Origin: an uncultured Candidatus Saccharibacteria bacterium
Lineage (GTDB): Bacteria > Patescibacteriota > Minisyncoccia > Phycocordibacterales > UBA6899
DNA: 64,000 nt
Assembly (NCBI GenBank): GCA_964386905.1
Contig: CAYLUP010000002.1
Span: 522-64,521 of the forward strand
Direction: 5' to 3'
The translations under genes and the position numbers were made by a program. Of this stretch, positions 1 through 9,565 are shown in pieces. The notes under the pieces were generated by a model. The model was not told the DNA's origin, ran no database searches, and saw only the letters and a program-made list of their open reading frames with translations. Every line of letters starts with the position of its first letter. Position 1 is the stretch's first letter.

Positions 1-141
1 AAATGTTGCATATTTATTGTCACGGCAGACTATGTCTTGGAAGTATTTTCACGTTGTTGAGCAGTGAGCAGTGAGGAGTGAGGCAGTTGAAGGTGGACGT
101 TTGACACATGATTAATAATGGGTATATAATCATTACGAATT

Positions 142-690
142 ATGCCGTCATCAATAGAAAATAAGAAGTGCGCACCTTTATCTTGTATTATTAAAGAGGG
201 GCACCCCACCTTGAGGAAGATTGCAGAGGAAGTTTCTCTCTCGATACTTCATACTCATGATTTTAAAAAGATATTACAGGGATTGAGTGTTGCTATGCGC
301 ACGAGAGATGATAGTGCTGCGATAGCAGCCCCGCAAATTGATGTTTCGATGCGCATTTTTGCTATATCAAGAAACATAAGAAAATTTATCCAGCAATACC
401 ATCCGGAATTAGTGTTTTGTAAAAAAGGAGATATGTATTTTATTAATCCTCAGATACTGTGGATTTCAAAAGAGAAGACATTCGCAACAGAGGCTTGCCT
501 CTCTGTAGATAATGTACAAGGAGAGGTGGGGCGCGCGACCTTTGTAAAAATTGAAGCGCATGATCAATTAGGGAGAAAAATGATTTTAAAAACTCACGGG
601 ATGCTGGCGAGAATATTCCAACACGAGATTGATCATCTAGACGGTATTCTCTTTGTCGACAAAGCTTCAAATATTAGACCAATTCAATAA
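142..690 (+). CDS. def: Peptide deformylase (degenerate Gly motifs)
   Basis: AIAAPQI, EACLSV and QHEIDHLDG correspond to the three PDF motifs. Confidence 0.9.
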   Translation: MPSSIENKKCAPLSCIIKEGHPTLRKIAEEVSLSILHTHDFKKILQGLSVAMRTRDDSAAIAAPQIDVSMRIFAISRNIRKFIQQYHPELVFCKKGDMYFINPQILWISKEKTFATEACLSVDNVQGEVGRATFVKIEAHDQLGRKMILKTHGMLARIFQHEIDHLDGILFVDKASNIRPIQ

Positions 691-694
691 ATAT

Positions 695-979
695 ATGCCA
701 CGACCACCACTTTGTTTCTGTGAAAATATTCACTTTAAGCCAGAAGTAACATATTTTAAACCACAAGGCGTTGCAATCTCAGGGCTAGAAATTATCAGTC
801 TGTCACTAGAAGAGGTTGAGGCATACCGTCTACGCCATCTTCAAGGGCTCGAGCAGCGAGAGGCTGCAGAGAGGATGCACGCAAGCACTAGTACATATCA
901 GCGCATCCTTAACTCTGCATACTCAAAAATTGCTGATTTCATTATTAATGGAAAGGCACTCCAAATAACAAAACATTAA
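695..979 (+). CDS. DUF134 family HTH protein
   Basis: MPRP start, YFKPQG, LEEVEAYRLRHLQGLEQREAAERM; start moved to ATG 695, just after the def stop. Confidence 0.85.
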   Translation: MPRPPLCFCENIHFKPEVTYFKPQGVAISGLEIISLSLEEVEAYRLRHLQGLEQREAAERMHASTSTYQRILNSAYSKIADFIINGKALQITKH

Positions 980-981
980 AT

Positions 982-1722
982 ATGCACCCACTTTTAAGTA
1001 TTATACTTCTGTCGTCATCTATTACAGTATGCGTATTTGTTGGAGCGTTATTCCTATTGGCGAGCAAAGAAAAAATAGACAGAATACTCATTCTTCTTGT
1101 TTCCCTTTCTGCGGGGACACTCATTGGTGGAGCTGCATTGCACTTATTGCCAGAGGCTGCTGAAAAACTAGAGTCAGATGTTCTTTTCGAGGTGTTCCTT
1201 CTGTCTTTCACGTTATTTTTTTTCATCGAAAAGGTGTTGCATTGGAGGCATTGCCACAATCCATCTTGTTCTATCCATCCGTTTGGATATATGAACCTTA
1301 TCGGTGACAGCGTACATAATTTTATTGATGGATTACTTATTGCTGCGACGTTCGTCGCTAATCCTGGACTCGGCGTTGCAACGACAGTGGCTGTGGCGGT
1401 GCATGAAATTCCTCAGGAAATTGGTGATTTCGGTGTGTTGCTCTATGCTGGGTTTAAAAAGAAAGTTGCACTGGTGCTTAATTATGCGGTAGCACTCACA
1501 GTGGTCTTGGGAGGTGTCGTTGGGTATGTTACATTTCATTACATTGGGTGGATTATTCCGTATTTACTCCCATTTGCTGCAGGAGGATTCATCTATATTG
1601 CAGCATCAGACCTCATCCCCGAAATGAAGAAAGAAAGTAGTATAAAAAAATCAGCCTATACATTTGTAGTTTTTATTTTTGGAATTGGACTGATGTACGC
1701 GGTAAAATTTATTTCTCATTAA
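982..1722 (+). CDS. ZIP family metal (zinc) transporter
   Basis: HWRHCH loop, GDSVHNFIDG and HEIPQEIGD motifs; multiple TM helices. Confidence 0.92.
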   Translation: MHPLLSIILLSSSITVCVFVGALFLLASKEKIDRILILLVSLSAGTLIGGAALHLLPEAAEKLESDVLFEVFLLSFTLFFFIEKVLHWRHCHNPSCSIHPFGYMNLIGDSVHNFIDGLLIAATFVANPGLGVATTVAVAVHEIPQEIGDFGVLLYAGFKKKVALVLNYAVALTVVLGGVVGYVTFHYIGWIIPYLLPFAAGGFIYIAASDLIPEMKKESSIKKSAYTFVVFIFGIGLMYAVKFISH

Positions 1723-1732
1723 TTTCAAAATC

Positions 1733-2002
1733 ATGAAAGTATTAAAATTTGGCGCAATATGGTGTTCAGGTTGTGTTGTTATGAAGCCACGCTGGAAAGA
1801 AATTGAAGCAGAGTACCCGTGGCTCGAAACGAAATATTTTGAGTTTGATGAGGCCGCAGACATGGTGCAGAAATATGGCATTACTGACACGCTCCCCACC
1901 TTTGTATTCCTAGATAAAGGCGAAAAAGAAATTATGCGCCTGCAAGGAGAAGTGTCAAAGGCCGAAATAGTGACGTTGATTAATAAATATAAGGATCAGT
2001 AA
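1733..2002 (+). CDS. Thioredoxin family protein
   Basis: WCSGC active site, LPTFVFLD cis-Pro region. Confidence 0.88.
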   Translation: MKVLKFGAIWCSGCVVMKPRWKEIEAEYPWLETKYFEFDEAADMVQKYGITDTLPTFVFLDKGEKEIMRLQGEVSKAEIVTLINKYKDQ

Positions 2003-2003
2003 T

Positions 2004-3308
2004 ATGAAGCGGGACATTCTATCTGCCCTGACTGTTATTTTTATTGGTTTGTTATTTAGCATGCCCACGGCACTTCTCGCTGCTCAGAATACAACTATTA
2101 ATCTCTTTTATGGTGATGGTTGTCCGCACTGCGCAAGAGCAAAAGTATTTCTTTCCTCTGAGACGATTACGTCAATCCCAGATGTCGTCGTGAAGGAATA
2201 TGAGGTATATGGAGACATGCAGAATGCAAAAATCCTATCAGAGATAGGGGAGTTGCTTAAGGTTCCTTCTGGGGGAGTACCCTTTTTCGTGGTAGGAAAT
2301 CGAGCTTTTGTTGGATTTTCCGAAACACTGACGCCAAAAGAACTACTTACTCAGATTGAATATTGCAAACAACACGGCTGCGAAGATGTGGTTCAAAAGC
2401 TCATAGAGAGCAAGAATTCGCACGGAAAGGTCGTGGTGCCAGCCGTTGAGGAAGTGAAAATTGAGCAGATGGAGAAAAAACACGTCGACGCGGGTAGCTT
2501 CGATGCAGCACCGTCGGTTGTAGCACCAGTGAGTTTAGGTCAAGCAGAAGAAGTGAGCACTTTACCGAGCGTTCCATTTATCGGGGACTTTGACATACGC
2601 TCCGCCTCACTCCCAATTATGGCTATCATTATCGGATTAATTGATGGATTTAATCCGTGCGCGATGTGGGTCTTGCTCTTTCTCATTTCACTCCTTATAG
2701 GGATGAATGATAAAAAACGTATGTGGATATTAGGTTCAGCATTTATAGGTGCTTCTGCTGCGGTATATTTTTTGTTTATGGTTGCATGGCTCAACGTAAT
2801 GCAGTTTTTATCTTTTGTTCCTTTTATCAAACCAGCAATTGGGACGGTAGCTGTTATTGGTGGTATGTATATGTTCACGACGCATATCCGTGCAAAGCAA
2901 AGTGGCTGTAGTATATCTGAGGGAAAGAAACATAAAGAGGTATTTCTGCGGATAAAAAATCTTGTCATGGAGCACAGATTTCCAATTGCTATCTTTGGGA
3001 TCATTATGCTCGCTTTTGCAGTGAATGTGGTTGAGCTTGTGTGCTCGGCTGGGTTGCCTGCAATGTATACGCAAGTTCTTTCAGCTAATAATATTTCTTC
3101 TTGGGAACGTTATGCTTATATTGCGCTATATGTGTTATTTTTTATGATTGATGATTTGATCATATTTGGGATAGCAATTGCAACCTTGCAAGTTACTGGA
3201 ATCACTACTAGATATACCCATGTGTCAAAGATGGTTGGTTCACTCGTCTTAATTGTGTTGGGCGCAATTCTGCTTGTAAAGCCAGGCTTGCTTATGTTTG
3301 CATCGTAG
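2004..3308 (+). CDS. Glutaredoxin-like domain fused to a CcdA/DsbD-like membrane domain
   Basis: Signal peptide, GCPHC, GVPF; TM part with DGFNPCAMW and ELVCSAGLP cysteines. Confidence 0.8.
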   Translation: MKRDILSALTVIFIGLLFSMPTALLAAQNTTINLFYGDGCPHCARAKVFLSSETITSIPDVVVKEYEVYGDMQNAKILSEIGELLKVPSGGVPFFVVGNRAFVGFSETLTPKELLTQIEYCKQHGCEDVVQKLIESKNSHGKVVVPAVEEVKIEQMEKKHVDAGSFDAAPSVVAPVSLGQAEEVSTLPSVPFIGDFDIRSASLPIMAIIIGLIDGFNPCAMWVLLFLISLLIGMNDKKRMWILGSAFIGASAAVYFLFMVAWLNVMQFLSFVPFIKPAIGTVAVIGGMYMFTTHIRAKQSGCSISEGKKHKEVFLRIKNLVMEHRFPIAIFGIIMLAFAVNVVELVCSAGLPAMYTQVLSANNISSWERYAYIALYVLFFMIDDLIIFGIAIATLQVTGITTRYTHVSKMVGSLVLIVLGAILLVKPGLLMFAS

Positions 3309-3430
3309 CATGTGTGTAGAGGCTAGCTTGTTTTCGAGTGAAAGGAAGATCTACAGAGAAGAATTACCACAACTTCACGCAGAGATGAATCGTTTTGCAG
3401 CATTCCTTTCTCGGATGAAAAAGTGATTGT

Positions 3431-3459
3431 AAAACACGGAGCTATGCTCCGTGTTTTTT
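3431..3459. terminator. Intrinsic terminator
   Basis: AAAACACGGAGC-TAT-GCTCCGTGTTTTTT. Confidence 0.75.
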
Positions 3460-3487
3460 CTTATTGCAAAATGCTCAATTACGTTTA

Positions 3488-3563
3488 GAACTGAAGGGGA
3501 ACTGAAGGGGAGAACTGAAGGGGACAGGCACATTCAAGAACTGAAGGGGACAGGCACATTCAA
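3488..3563 (+). repeat. Tandem REP-like left-end repeats of the RAYT element
   Basis: Four GAACTGAAGGGG units; the last two extend to AGAACTGAAGGGGACAGGCACATTCA. Confidence 0.85.
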
Positions 3564-3593
3564 TAGCAGATAGTTATGGTATAATTATATAGT

Positions 3594-4310
3594 ATGCCTC
3601 GCTCTTCCCGTGTTGATGTTGGTGGCCACATCTATCATGTCATTAATCGTGCTGTTGGTCGCTTGCAAATATTTAATAGTCCAGAGGAATATCTGGACTT
3701 TTTGAATATGATCAGAGAAGTAAAAACATGGGTGGACGTTGATCTTCTTGCATATACCTGCATGCCCAATCATTGGCATATCGTCATGAGAACAAGAGAA
3801 GATGGAGATCTCTCGAAGTTCATGCATCGACTGACAAATATGCACACGCGTCACGTTCACTCAAAAACACATACTATCGGAACGGGCCCACTGTACCAGG
3901 GAAGGTACAAGTCTTTTCTTGTCTCTTCTGATGAGTATTTGTCTATCCTTCTCCGTTATGTAGAGAGAAATCCGGTCCGTGCTCGGATTGTCGACAGGGC
4001 AGAGGACTGGAGGTGGGGGAGCGCATGGGTTCGAACGAATGGAAATATTGAACAAAAGAAAATTCTATTACCACTGGAACTACTTGAGGACGAGATATAC
4101 TTCCCATCCAATATTGCTGCATATTTAGAGTGGGTCAATACGCCAGATGAAGACGAAATATTGAGACCAATACGAAATGCGGTAAAACGTGGAGTACCCT
4201 ATGGTCGCCCAGCATGGGTGAGTCAGATGGTAGCTCAGTATGGTCTGGAAAGCACTGTTCGGCTTCCAGGAGGGCAGATCGGTGTTCCAAAAACCAAGAT
4301 ATTTGATTAG
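3594..4310 (+). mobile_element. REP-associated tyrosine transposase (RAYT, Y1 HUH family)
   Basis: MPR start, YHVINR, YTCMPNHWH (HUH), LYQGRYKS, RYVERNPVRA, WRWGS; flanked by a 20-bp inverted repeat (3512-3531 vs 4335-4354, 19/20). Confidence 0.92.
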
Positions 4311-4504
4311 AACACGAATTGCAGGGTGATGGCGGTGCCTGTCCCCCTCAGTTCCTATTTATTTTTTGCATCCTGCTCGACAGGAGTCCTTTGTCACACT
4401 GTACAGGTATTCGGCATAGTTAAAATTTTTCCTTTGCTTGCATAATTCAATTTTTTCAGTAGTATTGCTCTTGGAATATTCTAAACAGAAGGGAGGTGAT
4501 ACAG

Positions 4505-4585
4505 ATGACGATCAAAGTGACGAAGCGTCGCAAAACGGGGCGGACCGGCAACTCGCTCGGCAAGACCCAGACCAGCAACTGCTAG
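4505..4585 (+). CDS. Putative RiPP precursor peptide, 26 aa: MTIKVTKRRKTGRTGNSLGKTQTSNC
   Basis: Not in the ORF track; read by hand. Strong SD GGGAGGTGA just upstream, TAG stop, followed by a hairpin and the radical SAM gene. Confidence 0.75.
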   Translation: MTIKVTKRRKTGRTGNSLGKTQTSNC

Positions 4586-4598
4586 CTCACCCTGGTAT

Positions 4599-4631
4599 GG
4601 CGGCGGAAGATCACTTCCGTCGCCTTTTCTT
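4599..4631 (+). terminator. Hairpin/attenuator between precursor and radical SAM gene
   Basis: GGCGGCGGAAG-ATCA-CTTCCGTCGCC followed by TTTTCTT. Confidence 0.7.
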
Positions 4632-4648
4632 AAACATGAGGTGCATGT

Positions 4649-5875
4649 ATGATTTTTTCAAATCTTGTGGTAAAGGCCAAGGCAGACGATTATTTTCAGC
4701 TCATCAATATAACAAATGAGTCTGATGCTATTGTAGGAAGAGATGTGTTCGATTTGCTTGTTGCACTGTCTCAGAAAGCTACTTTGAAAGAGTGCTCTGT
4801 GCCAGAACAAAATTTGTTAGAGCTTCTCGGGGAAGAGCTTGAGATTTATATTCAAGATGGAGTTGAAGATCTCGTTATTCGGTCAGGAGCACTGACCAAC
4901 CTGGAGTTTTATATTACGAATGCCTGTAATTTGCGCTGCAAGCATTGTTATTTCTTCGCAAAAGGGAAGCACGAACGTGCACAATTTCTCGATCTCGAAG
5001 TCATGAAGCGTACGATTCTCCGTGCTGAGGAAATGGGCATGTACCGCATCAAGTTATGCGGGGGTGAACCCCTTTTCTATGACCGGATGGAGGAACTTAT
5101 CCATTTTTTGAACACAAGAAAGATTGGTGTCACTGTTATCTCTAACGGTCTTTTGCTTCATCGCTATGTGGGACTCTTCGATCCACTCAAGGTGTCATTT
5201 GTAATTAGTCTCGATGGATTCGCTCCAGCACATGATTATCTTCGAGGAGCTGGCACATTCGACCGTACGGTACAAAATATCAAAGATGCGCTTGCGCGCG
5301 GCTTCGATGTTTCGGTGAACATGGTCGTGTATGACCGCAATAAGGACGACGTTGAGGTATTTACAGACTTTGTCATTGGCATGGGCGTCCGAGTGCTTAA
5401 TGTTCAGGTTGTTCGTCCGAAAGGGATGGCCTCGGAACACCTTGAGACCGAACTCGTTGCTGATGAAGACTTCCTTCGCGACATACACCAGAATGAACTT
5501 GAAGACCAGGCTGCAAAGATTGCTTGCGGAGAACGGTTCTGCACTTCTTGTACAACCGGGCTTACTATTGACTTTGATGGAAGTGTCATCGGTTGCCCTT
5601 TCCTTGAGCAAGAAAGAATTGGGAATGTGATCCATGAGGATATTGAATCCATTTATCAGCGTAGTATTCGAGAGAATCCACTCCGATTCGTTCCTGAAAA
5701 GGCAGAGTGCCTGAGTTGCCCTTTGTTTGGTGAACTGTGCGCTGGGGGATGTCGGGCGCGTGCGCAGAAAGTGGTTGGGTCGATGTATGCATGCGATTAT
5801 TGGATTCCGTTCTTGTTGAATCATCCAAAATTTAAAGAAAGCCCTAGGCCAGCACAAGACTATCTCCTTATTTGA
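4649..5875 (+). CDS. Radical SAM/SPASM peptide maturase with probable N-terminal RRE
   Basis: CNLRCKHC, GGEP, SLDG; SPASM C..GLTIDFDGSVIGCP..IGNV..CLSC..CAGGC..C; SD GAGGTG; ~80-aa N-terminal extension. Confidence 0.9.
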   Translation: MIFSNLVVKAKADDYFQLINITNESDAIVGRDVFDLLVALSQKATLKECSVPEQNLLELLGEELEIYIQDGVEDLVIRSGALTNLEFYITNACNLRCKHCYFFAKGKHERAQFLDLEVMKRTILRAEEMGMYRIKLCGGEPLFYDRMEELIHFLNTRKIGVTVISNGLLLHRYVGLFDPLKVSFVISLDGFAPAHDYLRGAGTFDRTVQNIKDALARGFDVSVNMVVYDRNKDDVEVFTDFVIGMGVRVLNVQVVRPKGMASEHLETELVADEDFLRDIHQNELEDQAAKIACGERFCTSCTTGLTIDFDGSVIGCPFLEQERIGNVIHEDIESIYQRSIRENPLRFVPEKAECLSCPLFGELCAGGCRARAQKVVGSMYACDYWIPFLLNHPKFKESPRPAQDYLLI

Positions 5876-5888
5876 GTCACAGTACGAC

Positions 5889-5912
5889 CCGCCACTCCTG
5901 TGGCGGTTTTTT
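5889..5912 (+). terminator. Intrinsic terminator closing the rSAM operon
   Basis: CCGCCAC-TCCT-GTGGCGG-TTTTTT. Confidence 0.75.
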
Positions 5913-5994
5913 AATGCATCTTCTTCTGGGGCGAGACAAGAAAATTAAGCCAATTATGTATGGCGTTATTATTGTATGGAAGTATAATGTTGAA

Positions 5995-6405
5995 ATGAAG
6001 ATTTTTATTATCTGCAGTAAGCGTTTTTATGATCGCATTCCAGGGGTTGCGACAGAGCTTGAAAAGAGTGGGCATATCCTTACAATGCCAAACTGTTATG
6101 ATGCTCCACAAACAGAAGATGAATATCGGAATCAGGGAAAAGAAGTCCATGCAATGTGGAAATCGGAAATGATTCGCCATAGTGTTGATGTTATCGAAAA
6201 AAATGATGCCGTACTTGTCCTCAATTTTGATAAAGGAGAGGAGAAAAACTATATTGGAGGAGCAACATTCCTGGAAATGTACGATGCGTTTCGTTTGGGA
6301 AAGAAAATCTATCTTTTGAATGATATTCCAGAAGGGATGTTGCGAGATGAAATTATTGGATTTAGTCCTATTGTTTTAGGTGGCGATTATTCTCTATTAT
6401 TATAA
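5995..6405 (+). CDS. Nucleoside 2-deoxyribosyltransferase-like protein
   Basis: MKIFIICS, NDAVLVLN..YIGGATFLEMYDAFRLGKKIYLLN pattern; start moved to ATG 5995. Confidence 0.65.
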   Translation: MKIFIICSKRFYDRIPGVATELEKSGHILTMPNCYDAPQTEDEYRNQGKEVHAMWKSEMIRHSVDVIEKNDAVLVLNFDKGEEKNYIGGATFLEMYDAFRLGKKIYLLNDIPEGMLRDEIIGFSPIVLGGDYSLLL

Positions 6406-6549
6406 TTTCCTGCATTACGCATGTAGCGAAGTCGGAATTCGCAGATTCATCAAGCTATTGAGGTCTCTCTGCTGATATCCCAAGCATGAGTGTTTGGGCC
6501 ATCACAAAATGTAAAAATAGCATATACTAAAGATATCATATCATTCACT

Positions 6550-7049
6550 ATGAATACCCCAGAACAGACAAATATACCAAACGGAAATATCGACCCAATA
6601 GATCAGGCGACACACGAAGCACAGGTGGCTCTCGCGAGCGCGAATCCTGAATATGTAGAGACCATAGACCCTTTTGTAGGCGCAAAGCCAATTTCCCCTG
6701 AAGAGCGGGCGCGTATTGAGGAGAACATTGCCAAAGCAAAAAAAGATGCGGTGATTTTGGCGGAGGAGCTCCAGGGTCTTTATCGAAACCCCGACGGAAC
6801 CATTGCCCTTGCGGATCAGCCTGTCAATGCACAACCAACAGGGAATATTCAACCTTCTCGTAGTTTCAACAAACCGGGGCACGGTGCTCCTCTGCTTTCG
6901 GTTAACCCTCAATCACTTCCCATAAGAGAGGGGGACATGCAGCGAGGAAGGTTGCTGAGAATGGAGAGTGGGGCGCTCCGAGAGGTCCATTGCCAGCACG
7001 GACTGACCCTAAGCCTCAAAGTTGGTTCGGTCGTTGGTTTGGAAAGTAA
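6550..7049 (+). pseudogene. Hypothetical protein, apparently frameshifted at a G5 run (6930-6934)
   Basis: One extra G gives ...GGHAARKVAENGEWGAPRGPLPARTDPKPQSWFGRWFGK* with TAA at 7047-7049 at the start of a terminator; the called frame runs through that terminator. Confidence 0.6.
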
Positions 7050-7074
7050 AGAGCGTAACCTCTTTACTTTTTTT
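7043..7074 (+). terminator. Intrinsic terminator
   Basis: AAAGTAAAGAG-CGTAAC-CTCTTTACTTT-TTTT. Confidence 0.75.
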
Positions 7075-7113
7075 GAGCCGGTGCTAGTTTTTGCGTAGAC
7101 AAAGGAGGGCAAA

Positions 7114-7683
7114 ATGCGAACGGCAACTTTATTAAGTACTGCCGGTCATATTGATATAACCACAAGCATTCGTGCAGAAATCAACTCTCAGGCTTGTGTG
7201 ATGAGGTTGTTCTCGCGAGGTGCGCAGGAGTTATCAATGCGTTACTACCCCAATCGCCCACCCCAGGTTGGCGATGGCGTTGACGGCGACGGTGGGCCTT
7301 GCCGATATCTCGCACGACTCTCTCTGGTCGAGGGTTCGCCGGGAATCTTTTACGCAGTGGAAGAGGTTTCCTCGCCCGGAGAGCTTCTCCTCTTTGTAAA
7401 CACGATCGACTCGCTTCGTGGCAGTCGTCGTGGCGTGTGCATCTTTCCGAAGGACAATCGTCCACCGTTGCCTCATTCCACAAGTAACGCAGCTGGATTC
7501 ATGGGTTGGTATGGCCTCGTGCTGTTGCGGCCAAATGAGGAGTGTTTGGTGCACACATCCGCTGGGCGGGCCACTGTCATTGCCTGTAGAGAGGGTAGCA
7601 CGCTGGAAAGTTATGATTGTCGCCCACATCAAATCAGGGCACTGCAAGACGAATTGAACGGAGCCGCTCGATTGGCACATTGA
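7114..7683 (+). CDS. Hypothetical protein
   Basis: SD AAGGAGG, ATG, 189 aa, followed by a GGCGCC hairpin. Confidence 0.65.
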   Translation: MRTATLLSTAGHIDITTSIRAEINSQACVMRLFSRGAQELSMRYYPNRPPQVGDGVDGDGGPCRYLARLSLVEGSPGIFYAVEEVSSPGELLLFVNTIDSLRGSRRGVCIFPKDNRPPLPHSTSNAAGFMGWYGLVLLRPNEECLVHTSAGRATVIACREGSTLESYDCRPHQIRALQDELNGAARLAH

Positions 7684-7874
7684 TTGTCATTTTTGTTTGC
7701 AATGGCGCCTACTGGGCGCCTTTTGATTCTTCAAAGGCTGAAATACTATTTCATCATTACTGACATCTGCAGCGTCGCGATCGAAGACATTTGTGTATTG
7801 CACAGGCATTGACAAAACAGTATGGCATGGCAATATGAACTCGAACCATTTGGTTCTTTGCCAGAGGAGGCGTT

Positions 7875-8393
7875 GTGAAGTACTGCCCTAATAGAGAGGT
7901 TATCTCACGCATCATGAGTCTTGCCGCAGTGGCTGACTCTGACCCAGACCGTGACTGGACGCGCGTCATGTTTTTGTCGTTCAAGCTCGAAGTCGTGGAG
8001 CCACGACTCCGACTCATCAAGCCCGATGAACGTGAAAAGATCACGCTCGCCCTGCTCAAGCATGGGCTTGATGTGGGGATGAACTTTGACACCGATGATG
8101 TGCGTGAGCACGCACGGAGCGAAAACCTCATCCTTCTCGGGCCTGAGGAGTTGCTCTACTACGTCGACCACCCGTCGGAGATTCCTGCAGAGTGGAATGA
8201 ATTCATCTACTTTGCCGGAGTGCGAATTTCGGCTGTGGACGGAGAAGACTGTCTCGAGCTCGTCCCGTTTTTGCGCTATGACTACCAGGATCGTCGGTGG
8301 GTCATCGGTGTACACAACCTCGCCGAAGAGCACAACGTTGCCGGCGTCACCTCGATCGTCGGACACTTCGCTTGTGCACTGCGCAAGCGTTAA
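7875..8393 (+). CDS. Hypothetical protein
   Basis: SD AGGAGG, GTG start, 172 aa, terminator at 8402-8439. Confidence 0.7.
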   Translation: MKYCPNREVISRIMSLAAVADSDPDRDWTRVMFLSFKLEVVEPRLRLIKPDEREKITLALLKHGLDVGMNFDTDDVREHARSENLILLGPEELLYYVDHPSEIPAEWNEFIYFAGVRISAVDGEDCLELVPFLRYDYQDRRWVIGVHNLAEEHNVAGVTSIVGHFACALRKR

Positions 8394-8598
8394 TCAATTC
8401 CAGACCCACCACGGAAAGCCTTCCGCTTGGTGGGTTTTTGTTTGCGAGCGGTCCCATACGTGTTTGTGGTAAAATAATGGGTTCAGGCCCCAATATTTCT
8501 TTTTTGCTTGGGGGGAGTTGGATTTTACTTGCGATTATGCCTGTGCTAGTATCTGTTCAGAATTGGCACGTTGCCTATTCATCAGCGAGGAGATGGTT

Positions 8599-9096
8599 AT
8601 GGCACAGGAAATCGAACGGAAGTGGAAGTTGTCTGCTTTGCCGATGCACATTCTTGGTCAGTCGCTCACACCGAATCACATACGACAAGGATATTTGGTG
8701 GTAAGTAACCAAGGTGAGGTCAGGTTTCGTCATGACAAGGATGGCTACACACTCACCTTTAAAGGCGAGGGCTCGATCTCGCGTGAAGAGGAGAATTACA
8801 CGCTCAAAGGTCCCATGGGGTTTGAGCTCTTCTTGACACGCATGGTTGGTGGAGCTATCGAGAAGAATCGATATTCATTGGCGCAAGGTGACATCACCTT
8901 TGAGATCGACGACTATCAAGGGGCGCTCACTGGTCTAGTGATTGTGGAAGTTGAATTTTCTTCCATCGAGCAAGCGAACGATTTCATTCTGCCAGAATGG
9001 CTTCGCGGGGGCACGGAGGTTACTAACGACAAGCGTTTCAAGAACAAATATCTTGCGACACACCTCGACACTGTTCGTGGAGAACTTGGGTTTTAA
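8599..9096 (+). CDS. CYTH domain (triphosphate tunnel) protein
   Basis: EIERKW, IRQGYL, IEKNRY, FEIDDY, VEVEF, EVTNDKRFKN; SD GAGGAG. Confidence 0.9.
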   Translation: MAQEIERKWKLSALPMHILGQSLTPNHIRQGYLVVSNQGEVRFRHDKDGYTLTFKGEGSISREEENYTLKGPMGFELFLTRMVGGAIEKNRYSLAQGDITFEIDDYQGALTGLVIVEVEFSSIEQANDFILPEWLRGGTEVTNDKRFKNKYLATHLDTVRGELGF

Positions 9097-9290
9097 TTTC
9101 AACAATACTCTGACCGCTACTTCGTGAGATGAAAGCCAACGTTCCGTCTTTCAATGGAGTGGCGGCTTTTTCATATATTCAAGTTTCCACTGTACCTCTT
9201 TTCAGAAATCTTAGAATCTATCTTTTATCAATTCAGCACATACTTGACTCCAGTTTACGGTTTTGTGGTCGTCCGCTCATGGAGGAGGGG

Positions 9291-9479
9291 AATTGGGTCA
9301 GGTTTTTATCATTTCTTGTACTAAAGTCTGGTGCATGGCATCAAGGCCTTGCATTAAATTCATATCGAGCGCTTTTGAGGGTGTCGTCTATGTGTAACAT
9401 TTGTGTTCCTTGCAAATCCTGGTAGATCAAAAAACATGAGAACACGAGTTGTGTGATGTAATGGGATCTGACCCCATTA
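9291..9479. repeat. Degenerate REP/RAYT-end remnant
   Basis: AATTGGGTCAGGT (9291) inverted to ATCTGACCCCATT (9466-9478); contains AGAACACGAGTTG, like the RAYT right end. Confidence 0.45.
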
Positions 9480-9565
9480 TTTTAGATATGTTGCGACAGT
9501 GGAGGTAGCATGTCGCCAGCCTGTACTGTAGTTGTAGGCCGAGAAATTTCTGCCGCTGGATGTTT

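Noticed and set aside
3488-3563. Possible CRISPR array
   Set aside because: Repeats abut with no unique spacers, no cas genes, and an inverted copy lies past the transposase, so these are element ends
4505-4585. Peptide as an ATP-cone gene fragment (IKVTKR resembles cone N-termini)
   Set aside because: Similarity stops after a few residues and the ORF has a clean SD, stop and hairpin; not fully excluded
4438-4719. 93-aa track ORF upstream of the rSAM gene
   Set aside because: TTG start without SD, runs through a terminator-like hairpin and overlaps the rSAM gene; the 26-aa frame has the SD
6925-7075. TPP or other riboswitch before 7114 (GCTGAGA, TGCCAGC, terminator)
   Set aside because: Conserved elements are missing or out of order; better explained as the frameshifted 3' end of the upstream gene
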